Source: Paraspadella gotoi (taxonomy: Eukaryota; Animalia; Chaetognatha). Taken from it: a stretch of DNA of 64,000 nucleotides. The position numbers and the translations under genes were made by a program. Location: contig CM119264.1 in NCBI GenBank assembly GCA_051294375.1, forward strand, positions 26,846,755-26,910,754, written 5' to 3'. Positions 52,401 to 64,000 of this stretch are shown here, piece by piece (the stretch's first letter is position 1; each line of letters starts with the position of its first letter). Under the pieces are notes generated by a model, which saw nothing but the letters and a program-made list of their open reading frames with translations, had not been told where the DNA came from and ran no database searches.

Positions 52401-55400
52401 CGTCGACAGGACCTCCCTCTTTCCCGATCCTCGTTCTCCCTCTGACTCTCGCTCTTCCGTCGAATCTCCGATGACCTTCGTCAGCAAAGACGACGTCATT
52501 ATTCACAACGCCCGCGACGCATCGGAGGAAAGCGTCGTCGATTTCCAAGGCTCGCGCCCCAACCGTTTGTCGGTCAACATAGTGGAGAGAACGCTCCTTT
52601 GCAACGCCGTGGAAGGAGCCACCGCCACGCCCCTCACCGACGATCGGCTGGCTTCGATCGTCCTCGTCCGACCCGAGGACGTAACCGTGCACGAAGCCTT
52701 CGAAGCGAGGACCTACGATGACATTCCCTTTATCGATGATGACGAGGGCGAGGTCGGGCGCGCTAATTTGAGATTGCTTTGCCGTGATTTTTGAGACTCA
52801 CTAACTTTGGGATGAAGTGGGTTTTTCACCTTCACTTCTAGCGGTAGCGATTTTTTTTGTTTCTCTTGGGAGGCCTAATCAACTCTGAAACGCTCTTACC
52901 TCCGTCCCGATCGGCTGCCTAATTAAGATTTCATCGGATACTTTCACGTCGACCTCTGTGGGGCGGAGGTCGTCGATTAGTTCAGTATTCTCATCGACCG
53001 ATTCGATCCCTGGGGACACGATGATAGTCCGAATCACCCAGTCACGCAAAATAACCCGGAGGCTTCAACCCGCCGAATCTGCTCGCCACACAAGTCCCAA
53101 ATCTATTAAAATCTGGAAATTAGGTTTTTTTTTTCCCTTGATCGAACAAAGAGAACCGTTTAGTGTGAGAACGAAAAATCAAGTTGGCAGCGAGTAAATT
53201 TACAGAAAGAAGAAAATATAAACAAAGCCTGGTTGAAGTTTAACTCTCATCAATGTTTTGTTTATCACAAGCTAAATCCGCAGGAGAGCCGTGTGAAAGG
53301 CGTTAGTCATCGGTATTCGTGATAGCAGTTAAAAAAAATGTTTCGTGACGCTTGTCGTCGTGACACACTTAAAAAATATTTTCGCAAAGCGGAGAAAAAA
53401 TTGGCAAAGTAATTTAAATAAACTCGATCAAAAGATATTCGCTCTCATTTTTGCATTTTGAAGTTATTATAAAACGTTACCTTATTTTATTATTGATCGA
53501 GAGGTAAGTTCCCCATACAAGCTATACAGTTGCTGTGTTTTTTTTCTTCAAATGTCGAAGAAAAAAAATTGCGGTCCCTATTGAGTTTTAGCTCAACATG
53601 AACGATCGTTTGGCTAAAAGCTTTTCATATCTTCGACTTTCAAATCGTCCGTATGATCCGCAACAGCATTCATAAGCGATTTTCGAAATCGCTTTACAAT
53701 TTTGTTCCCCGAATCAACCGTATTTTTAATTTTCTTCTTTCGATTTCCAGGACGATTATCCCAACTCGGAAGAACAGCAGGACGAAGAGGAGGAACCGCT
53801 TCCTCTATCGCTTCCGCCGGAGGACGAAGGCGAGGACGACGACGACGACGACGTCGACGAAATGAAAGAAGAAAGGATGACCACGGCCGGAGTTGTGGTC
53901 ATGGAGGAGCAGCAGGTGGTTTTTTAATAAAAAATATTTTTATCGCAATGAAAGGTGTCCTTAATTGTTAAAGGACTCTGATGAATTCTTAATTATAGGA
54001 GATAATTAAATCTTAAATCATTTTGTTTTGTCCAAGCTCGCACCCAACGTGGAAGTTTTCGAACTCGGCGGAGAGAGCAGCGAAGATTCCTTGTCGCCCG
54101 AAGATGACGCTCAGGCACTTTTCATCAAACTCAAAGAATCCCAGTATAAGAACGCCGTCGCGGAGGCAGAGATCGCCAAGCTCAAGGCCAAGGTAAGAAT
54201 TTCTTGTGTCTGAGCCTGAGTGTGTAATATGAGTAATGTTTTTAAATGACATGAATTTAATTAAATCCCGAAACGAAATGAAAGAAATAAAGTTGACTAC
54301 TAATCCGATGTATCTATATTTATTTATGTATTCCTCACCACCTCCAACAGCTAATTCTGCTGGACAACGTGGAGACCCAAAAGCAGAACTCGGAGCGTCG
54401 GCTGGAGAGCGCGACGTCCAAGTTGAGGGACACGGAGAAGGCGTTGGAGAACACGAAGAAGGAGATCCTCAACATGCAGGACATGTTGGAGGAGAGTCAG
54501 GGCCAATACATCGCGCTTGAGAAGAAATATTACAAGGCTAAGAAACTTATCAAAGAGTACCAGCAACGGTGAGGAAAAAACTTGAGTGTGAATCAGCAAA
54601 ATCAACCTTAATCATTTGTTAATTTCTAATCATTTTTCCAGAGAGCGAGACTTCGTCGCTCGCGAGGAGATGCACCAGACGCAAGCCGCGGAATTGACGC
54701 AGCATTACGACGAACTCGTGATGCGACTCAAGGATCGCGTCATCGCTCTCGAAGCCGCCGCCGCTTCCGGTGTCACCTCACCCTCTACTGCTTCTGACAG
54801 CGTCACACCCACCAACGCCGATACGGGTGAGTTTTTTCACCTCGTGAGGGAAACTTGAATAGGGTAGTTAACTTTGTCTAACACAACACATTTTTTTAAG
54901 ACTAACATTTTAAAAAAGCCCTCGTACAGGAGTATTCAGTAACGAATTAAAGAGAAAAAGATGGATGTCAAATAAAACTTTTTTTATTTTCTTTTCGTCA
55001 CAAAATTGGAGGGTATGGTGGACTAAAATCCACCAACCGTTCATCAGCGGCCATTGGTGCCGGAGGCAAGTCATTCGCCTCCCAACCCAAAGGTCCGGGG
55101 TTCTAGCCCGGTGGTCGTCTGGCAGTTAAGAGGGACGGGGCGCTTAACCCGCCTGTAACATGGTGTTACAGCCTGATCCGAAGCTCAGGGACTGCTTATA
55201 TTGAACGGTTCTGTCATTAACACTTATCAATAATTACTGTCTCTTCAAGGGCAGTTTTTTTCTTTCTGTTTTATGAACTATGATCCGAGTAAAACTCTTT
55301 ATTGTCCTGAAAAAGTTTTTCTAGTCAGAGCGTTACTGATAAACCTGCGAAACAATTCTTTCCTCGGGATTAACAACACTTTTTTCCTTCTACCACTATC

Positions 55401-55475
55401 TTCTCTTTTCACCCCTTTGGTATTTCACCTTCGCACATTGCTCCCTTCCTCGCACAATCTTCCCATCGGACTGCA

Positions 55476-55550
<75 letters not shown>

Positions 55551-58500
55551 GAAAAGGCGCGGCCTCGCCGCCACCCGCGCCCGCTCCTTGCCCGCGCTCG
55601 CGACGAGCCGGCCCCCCGACGTGGACCCGTCGGAGGTCAGTTCGGTCGAAGACGACGACGAGGTCCGTCAGGATTTGGACCACGTCGATCTCGACGACTT
55701 GACTGACTTGTCGGCCTCTAAAAACGGTAAGGACTGAAGGCTGAAAGTCGGTGCATGACTTTCTTGTCGGTTTTTAGTCCGAGCGCTCGTTAAAGTTAGG
55801 GTGTGAATCACGATGGATTTTTTTTTATTTAAAGAGGTTTACAAAATTATTAAATTGACGTAAAGAGCGAATCAAGCCGGGAAGGGCGTTGTCATGGCTT
55901 TTTTCTTATTAACCGCGATTAATAATTTTCACCTTGGCATTTGTAAGGGTCTGGTGTGCGGGGGCTTCTCGCTAACACGTCACCGTTGATATTTTATTTG
56001 CTTCACACTTAATTTTGTTTTTAAAAAACATCGAAATAATCCAAAATTCACGACTCAAAATCTTTTTCTGCATCAACGCTGACTCTCTCTTGGATCCCCC
56101 TTTTTTCCATTTCCCTTGGCCTTTCCGTTTTTCAACTTTCTTTTTTTTCTCTTTACATTAACAAAACGAACAAACGACGAACTTAAAAACATTTTTTTCT
56201 GGGTGACGGCGACGATTTTATAGCGGACGAGACAAATCTTATCCAAGAGGCGTATTTACGCGCCCAGTTCGAGCACGTGGCGCGGTCGTGCAACCCGCTG
56301 CTCGACGTTAGTTCCAACAGAACCAAGGCGCAGTTGGCGGCGGCGGGCGCCATGGCCGCTCGCACGCCGCCCTCGAAAAAGGGTCGACTCAGTTTGGTAG
56401 GTGGAAAAGAGTGCGAAGACCAATCAGATTCTCCGGTGGGGAACACCTTCTTCTTCAGTGAAGCTTAGTTGTTTTTTTGACGTTAGAAAGTTAAAAAGAA
56501 AATTTGTGTGTCGTTTCTTTGATCTCTTATATCATCTCAGTTAACCGTTTAAAAGGACAATTTAACTTTTTTTGATTTATCGGCCTGCAGTGCTGTGAAG
56601 CCATATTATTTCGATGAGGTCGCAGCCGCTGTTTGCTATTCAGCTTACGCTTTTCATTGGCAAAAACCAATCAAAAATATTATTTTGAGTTGAAAAATTC
56701 TTATTTTTTTTTTCGTGTTGATTTTGTTTATTAAGTACTACGTGTGCAATCGTTTTAACATTTCGCTCTCTCAGAAGTAAACGTGTTCTGTAGCATGTTT
56801 ATTTCATGTTACTAATGTTTGGCTCAAATTAATCGCTTAAATCTTATTTGTGATTGCATGATAAATTTTTTAAAAAATCATTCAGTAAACTATGAAAATG
56901 ATTTAATAATTATTATTTATTAAACTTATTTTTTACAGCAATCAAGTCTTGACGAAGTAGAAACGGAGCCACCCCCCGAACCGTTGGCATCTTCCACACC
57001 AGCTACCCCCTCTGCAGCAACCTCATTTCCGCCATCTGATTCTACTGACTCACACTCTACTCATCTAAGGTGAAAATCTTGTTGGTCATTTTACGTCTCG
57101 CATTATCTAAAAATGTATTAATGTATTTTGCGTTTTCATTTACTTTACCGCCCTTCCCTCTTTTTGCTTTTATGTTCCTATTGCACGACCTTGGTTCGAT
57201 CGTGTTATTTTTCTAACAGAGTTTTGACCCCACAGCACCGCGTATCGTTTTAGGTAGCTTCGATACGAGGGTCACAGCCTAACCAGAAATGTTCCAGTCT
57301 TAATGTTGCAAGTTGTACAAGAAGTTCATTTCATGAAACTTAAACTTAATTTAATTCAAATGAATTATTATCTCTTTTGTGTCATTGCATTTCGTGTAAC
57401 GCTAATTTCAATTTTTTACTCTTTTTTTTTATTCATGCTTCTCGGTTTTTCCGAATGTGTCCACCTTTTTCTTTCTCTTTTTTCCTGCTCCGCGCTTTCC
57501 TGCTCCGCGCTTTCCTGCTCCGCTGTTTCCGGATTAAATTTTGCGTCACGTAGGCTCAAAGAAGAAATAAATTTAGAATCGCCCTTGATAGAGATTCCAG
57601 TAGAGAAATCTCTCGGTTCGATCGTCGAAGTTCCGCCAGATGGCGATCGAATCGAGGAACCCGAAAGGGATTCCTTTTTGGTGCAAGATCTCGTCCGTTT
57701 GGGGGAAACGGCGGAAAACTCAGTTGCGGCGACATCGACGGCGGTCGAGCCAGAGCCGCTTTATGACGCCGTTTATGAACCTGCGTCTCCCGAGTCGACG
57801 AAGGTGGACGCTACGGTGGACGTTTCGGGTTTATCCAGTGGCGCGGAAAACAAAAGCGGCGATTCGCGCCCTGAGCTCCCGCCGCCGACTCCGCCAAAAA
57901 TCTCTAGCCTCTCCTCTCACTCTATTCCCTCGCCTCGGGGGTCACCCAAGGCGATTCGCCCCGATCACGCGCCCCCACCCATTCCAGCAAAACAAGGGTC
58001 ACCTCGTTTGGCGCCAAAGGGCGTCGGGAACGAATCCGACGTCGCCGCATCTCCCTCGAATAAGATTTTAGAGAAAATCTTAGGTGGGAGCGCGGTGGCG
58101 ACGCCTCTGGCAGGACTCGTGTCCGGCGCAGCCTTGAGATCCTCGAAAGAGCGCCTCGAATCAATCTCGGCAGCGAGGGACGAGGAGCCCGATCACTTGG
58201 CTTCCGTCTCGGAAGGTATTTCCAAGCTGGAGGCCGCTCTGGCCGGGAGGACCGGGCCACCTCCGGTCGTCGAACACGCGGTGCCGATAAAACTCGGCGA
58301 CGAGTCTGCCGCGGATCCGTCGCACGGTCGGAGATTCGAGGATTTCGCTGCTACTTATTCATCGTCGCAGTCGGCGGCGAGACCCTCTTCCCCCGAACCG
58401 GTCGACGAATTCGCCGACTATGCCGTCGTTCGCATCCGCTCGCCCGCGCGGTCGGCGAAACAGAATTCGTCTCAGATTAGTTTAGACAACGGCCCCGCCA

Positions 58501-61500
58501 ACTCTTTTTCCTCCTTCACTTCTTTCAGGTAACCAGGAATGCCGCCGATTTCTTTCTTCCCCCCCCCCCCAATCTCTTCAGACTTGAATCCGTAATTCGT
58601 TCCTTCGTTTGTACTTTATTCTCGGTTATCGATTACTAGTTATAAAACTAGTAATTACAAATTTATGTTCATTGCGTATCTCGTCGTCGTAACCTTTCTG
58701 TTCGATATTATAACTTCATTCGTGCTCAACCTTATCGCACTTTTTTCTTTTCTTGCAGACCGAACCCCTCACCTTCTTCATCAAGCACTTGTCAAAAAAC
58801 ATCAGAGGCAAACGCTGCCTCGACTAAGAACGAATTGGATTTGATCGCTGAACAAGATCATGTAAGTATTTGGGTTCAGTGTTTATCTAGAGCTATGTAT
58901 TTGACAACGCACGGATTTAAATAAATATTAACTTCTAAATGACCATTCCGCATTGCGCATTTGTTAGGCGATACCTATTGCCTGATCATTTATTATTATT
59001 CTTTCAGTCCACTTTCACTTCCGGATCGCGCCCTGTTTCATCCTCCCTTCTTGAAACGTCACTCTCTTCCGAAGCGTGTTCCTCCGCTCTCTCGACCACG
59101 TCTTCAGCGACATCCGGCAACACGAGCGCCACTTCTTCTTCAGCCGGAAGTGTCGGTAATCCATTCGTCCATTTAACAGCCAATGACTGATGTCTTGTGA
59201 AAATTATATAAGTTAGCAGTTTTTCTTTATTTCTTTTTCCTAACTAGCGTGCTGTTATTTTTGTTAAGGATTTTGGTTACGGTTTGTAAATCTACGTATG
59301 ATGCTAAGTTCTTGAGAAATTTCTGCCTCAACTATCACTTGCTTTCTTTCCATAATAAATTTCAAGCGAACGCGAAAATTTTCGGAAATTATATTTTTAA
59401 AATTCACTGGACTATGGAACCAATTTCGGAGTCGTCTTAAAAAACTCTTCCTTCAGGCTCCGTCATCGCCGTGACGCCTTCTTCGCCTCGTCGCCAAACT
59501 CCCCGCGGGACGGCATCGGCCACGCCCCCTCCGCCGCCTCCTCGAGGATCCTCGGTTTACGGTGGCGTCGCTGGCGAAGTCAATCCCGTGGTGACGCCGC
59601 CGCCGCCGCCGCCACCCCCGCCGGTGCCCCCGGAGGCGCAGGACTCTCCGTCGCACAACCCGCATAGGCCGCTCTTTAGCAGCAAGGGTGAGATGAAGTT
59701 ATTGCTAGGGAACTGTTGAAGGATGTTTGGGTTGCATACAAGTCGTACCTATTTGTGATAAATGTTTTTAAAGAGCTCCAAAATAAGCCATCAAATAAAG
59801 AGCCCATTGGCTGTCAGCTCTCTGCCTGAAAACTCTTGTTTCGCTCTGTTAGACCCTGCCGTGGACTGCGTCAATGTTCACCGGGTTTCCTTCATTTGCT
59901 ACGATCACGATTACGATCACAATGATCTTAGCAATAATGTTCTGGTCAATGAAGGTATTAATATTTTTTTTCCGTAAGACTTGTGTTGATTTTAATTAAG
60001 TGATTTTATTATTTTCTCTAATTTGTGGCATTGATATAACTTTCATTGACAGTTTTTTTTAGTTATTTTCCTGTATTTTTCCTAAGCTTAATCGAAAAAT
60101 ATAAAATATTTAATTATATTATACGAGAGGAGCTCGTTGACTTTATTTAATCGTCCCTATCCGGCCGAAAGGCTTCGTCCAATATTTTTCTCATAGTTAA
60201 ATTTCTCGAATTAACCTTTATAATTTTATCTTCCTCTTTCCTGCTTACGTTTTTGTGCAATACCCTCCGTTCATCGCGCATCCTGATCATCTCATTCTAA
60301 TATCGAAATTCATCCGTACTTTTCCGTCATTTTGCATGCGCATCTGTGTCGTAATCATTTTTTAAAATTGTTTTGTCGTTTTATCCCTTCCTTATTTTAA
60401 CAATTCCTTCATTGCTTGCCGTTATCGTCGTCGGGTCGATTTTCTTTGCCGTTTTGTTTTTTTCGGTCGTTTTTTTTTTTTCCGCTCGTTAGTCTACGAG
60501 CCCGTCCCCGTGTCTTTCAAGCAAGGCGTCCCCGGTCTCGGTCTTCCCTCTCCTACCGTCGCCGGATCCGCCGCCCACGCCTCTCGCTCCAACTCGCTCC
60601 CTCGTGATCTCCGCTCGCGCCACGGAGGCGCTCGACCGACCTCAGCGACCATTTCTCGGAGTTATCATCGGGATCACACGATGATGTCGTCCATCGACTC
60701 GAGCGAGGGGTTCTCCTCCCTCGACGGCTCCTTCTCTCCCGGCCACTCACCCGACGAGGCCGTCATCGCCGACATCATTCCGTCCGCCATTCCCGAGGAG
60801 GAAGAGCCCTCGTTGCCGGGACCGTCCGCCGCAAGCGCCGCTAAATTCGACTCCGCTTCCCTTGGCGGCGCCGTAACGCCGCCCGACAGCTCCCCGAGAC
60901 CGGGCGTTCGTCTACTAACCTTTCGTCCCCTTAACCCCGACTCATCCCATTACGATTCGGCGCCTTCAACGCCGTCTTCCTCGGCGCCAAATTCTCCCCG
61001 TCCGTTGCCAAAACTTCCTTCGCATCATTATTCTTCTTCTTCAGATTCGTCGGCCGTCGCGCCGAGCCCGGCTCCGCCAAAGAGCCCCGCCCACAATCCT
61101 CGAGGCAGCCCATCTCGGATCCCGCGGTTCAATCCCGCACGATCCTCCGGGGGCGCGTCTCTTTCTTCCGCGCCCCAGTCCGGAAGAAGCGAAGGAGCTG
61201 TCGGTGGCGTCAACGGTTCTCAGAGCTCTGCCAAACCTAAAACCCCTTCCCCGCCGAGGCAAGGAGTTAAGCTGCTATCTCATCGCGGCTTGCCGGAAAA
61301 TTCCGGCCAAGCCTCAAGAATTCCCACCAGGGGCGCCCCGGCCTCAACCGGCACGTCTTCTTTCCACTCCAATACCTATTGTTTCCGAGGTCAGAAAATA
61401 GTAACTTCGATGTTGTGCCATTAGCACTCCAGTAACAGTTTAATGTCATTACCATGTCCGACGCTGTAGTCAAATGCGATGCGCGAGTTAGGAATAAGTA

Positions 61501-62684
61501 CAAAGAAACTATTATAAAAACGGCATCAACTCTTTTTCCCCGTCATAGCGACGGGATCTCCCGCCTCCCAGAGTCCAAGCGCCGCTCGTCTGAGATCGAG
61601 AAATCCTCAGCACGTGGATTCTATCAGGAGTAGCTATTACGAATTCTCGGCTCGTCCTCAAACCCCCGTACCTCCCCAGCAGTCTCCTGCCAGAGAACAT
61701 GACCCAGGAAACTCTTTGAACTCTTCCTTCGAGTCCTCTGCCTCCTCTCTTTCCCTCGTCGATAATTCTTTTCCCTCTCCGTTCGGTCGATTAGGTGAGA
61801 GGGTTTTTCTCTCCCAACGAAGACTTAGTTGTGGTCGAGTGAACGACGGGTCCGGGTCTGAAGAGTCTGAAGTGAATTGTCAAGCGACCTAGGCAAAAAA
61901 AAACTCGTATCGCCCAACATTCCGCGCGTCTGTTGTCTTTTTATTTGAGTTTGACCACTGAAAATAAAAATCGTCTAATATCCATTATGATTCTTTTGTT
62001 TGTTAAATATACAATTTGTTCCAATTTTGACTACCAGGAAACCCATTTAGATTATTAAATATTTAATTAAAGGCGTTTTTTATTTTCAAATAGTCTGTAT
62101 TTATCATCTTACTTTTTTTAGCCTTGTAGCTTTTTGATTTAATAGCTTTATTTCTTGTATCACTTTATTTTGGCTGATTCTAACCACGTCTATCTCCACA
62201 CTTTGTTTTTGCACTCTTTCCCCAATCGGTCCACTCACAGGGAGTCCCGCGGCTCCCGGCTCGCCCCGAAACCGCGCACATCAGTGGCAGTCAACATCCT
62301 CGGTGCAAAACTGGTCCGTGTCTCAAGTCACGTCGTGGATCACCTGCTTGGAGATGGAGCAGTACGTGCCAGAGTTGGTCGCCAAGTCCGTCGACGGCGC
62401 CGCTCTGCTGCAACTCGATTCCAACAAAATGAAGGTGCCAGTTTAATACTACTACAATAGCTTTGTCTGCAACTTTTCACTTTCACCTAACTCCATTACC
62501 CACTTAATTCTCTTTCCAGCATCTCGGCATAAACAGCACCGACCGAACGATTCTGAAGAAAAAGATCAAGGACCTCAAGGTGACGGCGGAGAGAGAGAAG
62601 AAGGCGGCGGAGAAGGAGCGAAAAGAAGCGGAGAAACGCGCCAAGAAGGAAGGCGCTTCCTCCAAACGGAAGTTCTTTGCCTGA
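31861..62684 (+). CDS. PPP1R9: Neurabin/spinophilin family PP1 regulatory subunit (PPP1R9), multi-exon
   Basis: Exons 31861-31966, 32957-~33135 and 33830-34111 (GSNVSKMK|EMF; DHVKRFQ|NARALF, actin-binding-like); 49998-50136 ([35 protein letters not shown]); PDZ 50212-50437 ([26 protein letters not shown]...NDQIVEVDG); coiled coil ~54037-54826 ([34 protein letters not shown]); SAM 62241-62434 ([18 protein letters not shown]...DGAALLQLD); last exon 62520-62684 ending TGA. Start codon and the low-complexity exons are approximate. Confidence 0.93.
35712..37822 (-). repeat. Left arm of ~2.1 kb inverted duplication (reverse complement of 43145-45292)
   Basis: 35712 aactgatccattagtattaaaagtgtttc pairs with 45292; 37822 ...tagtattgtatc pairs with 43145. 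Contains an inverted copy (36431-36582) of neurabin exon 44402-44555. Differences between arms are mostly homopolymer indels. Confidence 0.95.
37904..38552 (-). CDS. Ser/Pro-rich exon, probably a neurabin exon placed in inverted orientation
   Basis: Acceptor ctcag|GTCACCGTC (phase 0) and donor ACAG|gttggt (phase 1). This is the phase pair needed between neurabin exons ending 35622 (phase 0) and starting 44402 (phase 1). It has an internal in-frame stop with apparent compensating indels. Confidence 0.65.
38628..38897 (+). repeat. Third partial copy of the duplicated intron segment (direct repeat of 43670-43937)
   Basis: ctgaggcttcacagtagtttggtgaatggtatc...taattctgagaaca recurs at 43670-43937 and inverted at ~37025-37291. 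Confidence 0.92.
41230..43144 (-). mobile_element. Penelope-like retroelement (RT + GIY-YIG endonuclease), 5'-truncated and heavily frameshifted
   Basis: Motifs stitched across minus-strand frames in PLE order: IPAD(K)[16 protein letters not shown] (DKG motif), [48 protein letters not shown] (catalytic DD), [19 protein letters not shown]...[42 protein letters not shown]. Confidence 0.85.
43145..45292 (+). repeat. Right arm of the inverted duplication (native orientation, holds neurabin exon 44402-44555)
   Basis: Direct sequence comparison with 35712-37822. Exon cag|ACCTTCCC...TCCAA|gtaag is phase 1->2 and joins the exon at ~49188 in frame. Confidence 0.93.
45692..49041 (+). CDS. F-box / leucine-rich-repeat-like protein (FBXL-like), nested in a neurabin intron
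   Basis: Exons about 45692-46399, 46463-46539, 46612-47359, 47427-47829, 47892-48214, 48668-49041. Joined F-box: YFFTLPDE|[41 protein letters not shown]-like LxxLxL segments follow ([40 protein letters not shown]). Own ATG and TAA, with ATTAAA at ~49052. Confidence 0.8.
48321..48447. repeat. ~49 bp inverted repeat hairpin (MITE-like) in an intron of the F-box gene
   Basis: ttttgaaagcagattcgaattcctcataaaaagttgataaaaaggaaat pairs with atttccttttatcaacttttcgtgaggaatttgaatctgctttcaaaa around a 30 nt loop. Confidence 0.85.
55047..55246 (+). mobile_element. tRNA-derived SINE copy (tRNA-Gly-like head)
   Basis: gcggcca...tggtcgt acceptor-like stem, A box tggtgccggagg, loop ctcccaa, B box ggttctagccc, then a body shared with 24195-24372. 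Confidence 0.7.
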
Positions 62685-64000
62685 GTCTCTATTTTTTCTT
62701 TAAAAAAAAAAAATCACCCTTTTCTTTTCTTCACCGATCATCGTCAACGGCTAGGGCGGCGTGGACGGATCATGCCCGTATCTATTATAAAAAAAATAAA
62801 TCTTCCTTTTTGCCTTTTTTTATTTTGATTAAAATTTTATATTTTTATTACTATTATTATCATCATTTGTTTAATTTCGCAGCCTTCGTTTTCTAGTCTG
62901 AATAAGCATTTTAATATAACGTGTTGGTTGAGACCAGTCTTTTTTAACGTTTTCGAATTTTGAATGTTTTTTCATTCACAATATGGTTATTTATTCCAAA
63001 CCATGTTAATATTTTATTTCTTCTCATACATCTAATGTATTCTTTACTAAATATTAGTATCAAGCAATAAAATATGCTGATAAGGAGCCCTTGAGGAGCC
63101 CAATAGAATTTTTTTTGTATTATTTTAAATTTTTGTTTGTTGTAACGTCCACTATTAGCGCATATGTTGTAAATGTTTGTATGGCATCTCATGATCAATT
63201 AAATTTGTTAACAGTTTTTTCGTAGCCTAAAATTATTAAGTTCGTAGCTTATGTAAAATGATGACATTTGAATTTTAGCTAGATTTCCTATGAATGACTC
63301 AGTTTTTTGAAAAACTCTGTTATGGACCAGCTGTTCAAAGTGCTCCCTATCATTGGAATTGTCCTTTTACATGTTAATCATATGATATAAAATAGGCGGG
63401 AGTTGGCATTTGTTTGAACGTTACCGCCAACTGGAGGGTTCAGTCAGTCTCCTGAAAATGTCAATGGCGTCGAAGTCAGATCTTGGAAGCCAGACATCCA
63501 ACCGCGAAGCCAGGAACGCATCCAATCAACGTTCTCCTCTGAAATCACGTGAGAAAATAAGCCAATCCCTGAGAAGTTCAGTTCAAAAGATCATTTTCTT
63601 TGTCCGTTACAGTCCAACGTATTTTCGGAATATTTTGAAACAGATTTGAATTTTTTTTCCCCAAAAATAAAAATAATGTCGAAACTACCTGCTCGCCTTC
63701 GGGAAACTAATAATTATGCGTCGATATTGAAATTTTGGGCGTTTTAAAGTAAAATATTTTACATTTTATTATTGAAAGTTTAAAATTTTTAGGCGTATTT
63801 TTTTTTTAATTAGATTTTATACTCTAAATCTTTAATCACACTGTATTATTTATAATCCTGCAGTTACAAGTTTTTTTAAATTAAAGCCCTAATCTTTTAC
63901 TGAAATTTCAAGTAAGTTTAAAAATTAACATCAAACAATCGCATAAGAGAAAAATGCTCTAATGGTAATATTTTATAACTTTGTCGCCTGATGTGTTGTG

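Noticed and set aside
55047-55118. Functional tRNA-Gly gene
   Set aside because: Anticodon and T stems pair poorly, there is no oligo-T terminator, and it continues into a repeated SINE body.
57480-57523. 15-nt repeat x3 (tttcctgctccgcgc)
   Set aside because: Short slippage repeat in a polypyrimidine tract, with no evidence of function.
63410-63649. 79-aa ORF after neurabin
   Set aside because: No motif or convincing splice structure on either strand.

Overview
Eukaryotic (invertebrate metazoan-like) genomic window: AT-rich short introns, GC-rich exons, many (GA)n microsatellites and N gaps. Three spliced genes can be rebuilt from GT-AG boundaries and exon phase. (1) An IQUB-like ciliary gene on the minus strand (~26345->17036) with a long acidic N-terminal extension carrying four extra IQ motifs, each on its own phase 1-1 exon. 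(2) A neurabin/spinophilin (PPP1R9) gene on the plus strand (~31861->62684) with actin-binding, PP1-binding, PDZ, coiled-coil and SAM regions. (3) An F-box/LRR-like gene nested on the same strand in a neurabin intron (45692-49041). Between two 25-N gaps lie most of a ~2.1 kb inverted duplication, an inverted neurabin exon and a 5'-truncated, frameshifted Penelope-like retroelement (RT + GIY-YIG). Also present: two tRNA-derived SINE copies, hammerhead-ribozyme-like relics and intronic hairpins. Much of 4.1-11.1 kb and 35.7-44.2 kb looks like noisy single long-read gap filling, so structural oddities there may be assembly artefacts. All family assignments are from recalled motifs, not database searches. 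No prokaryotic-type system (CRISPR, operon) is supported.
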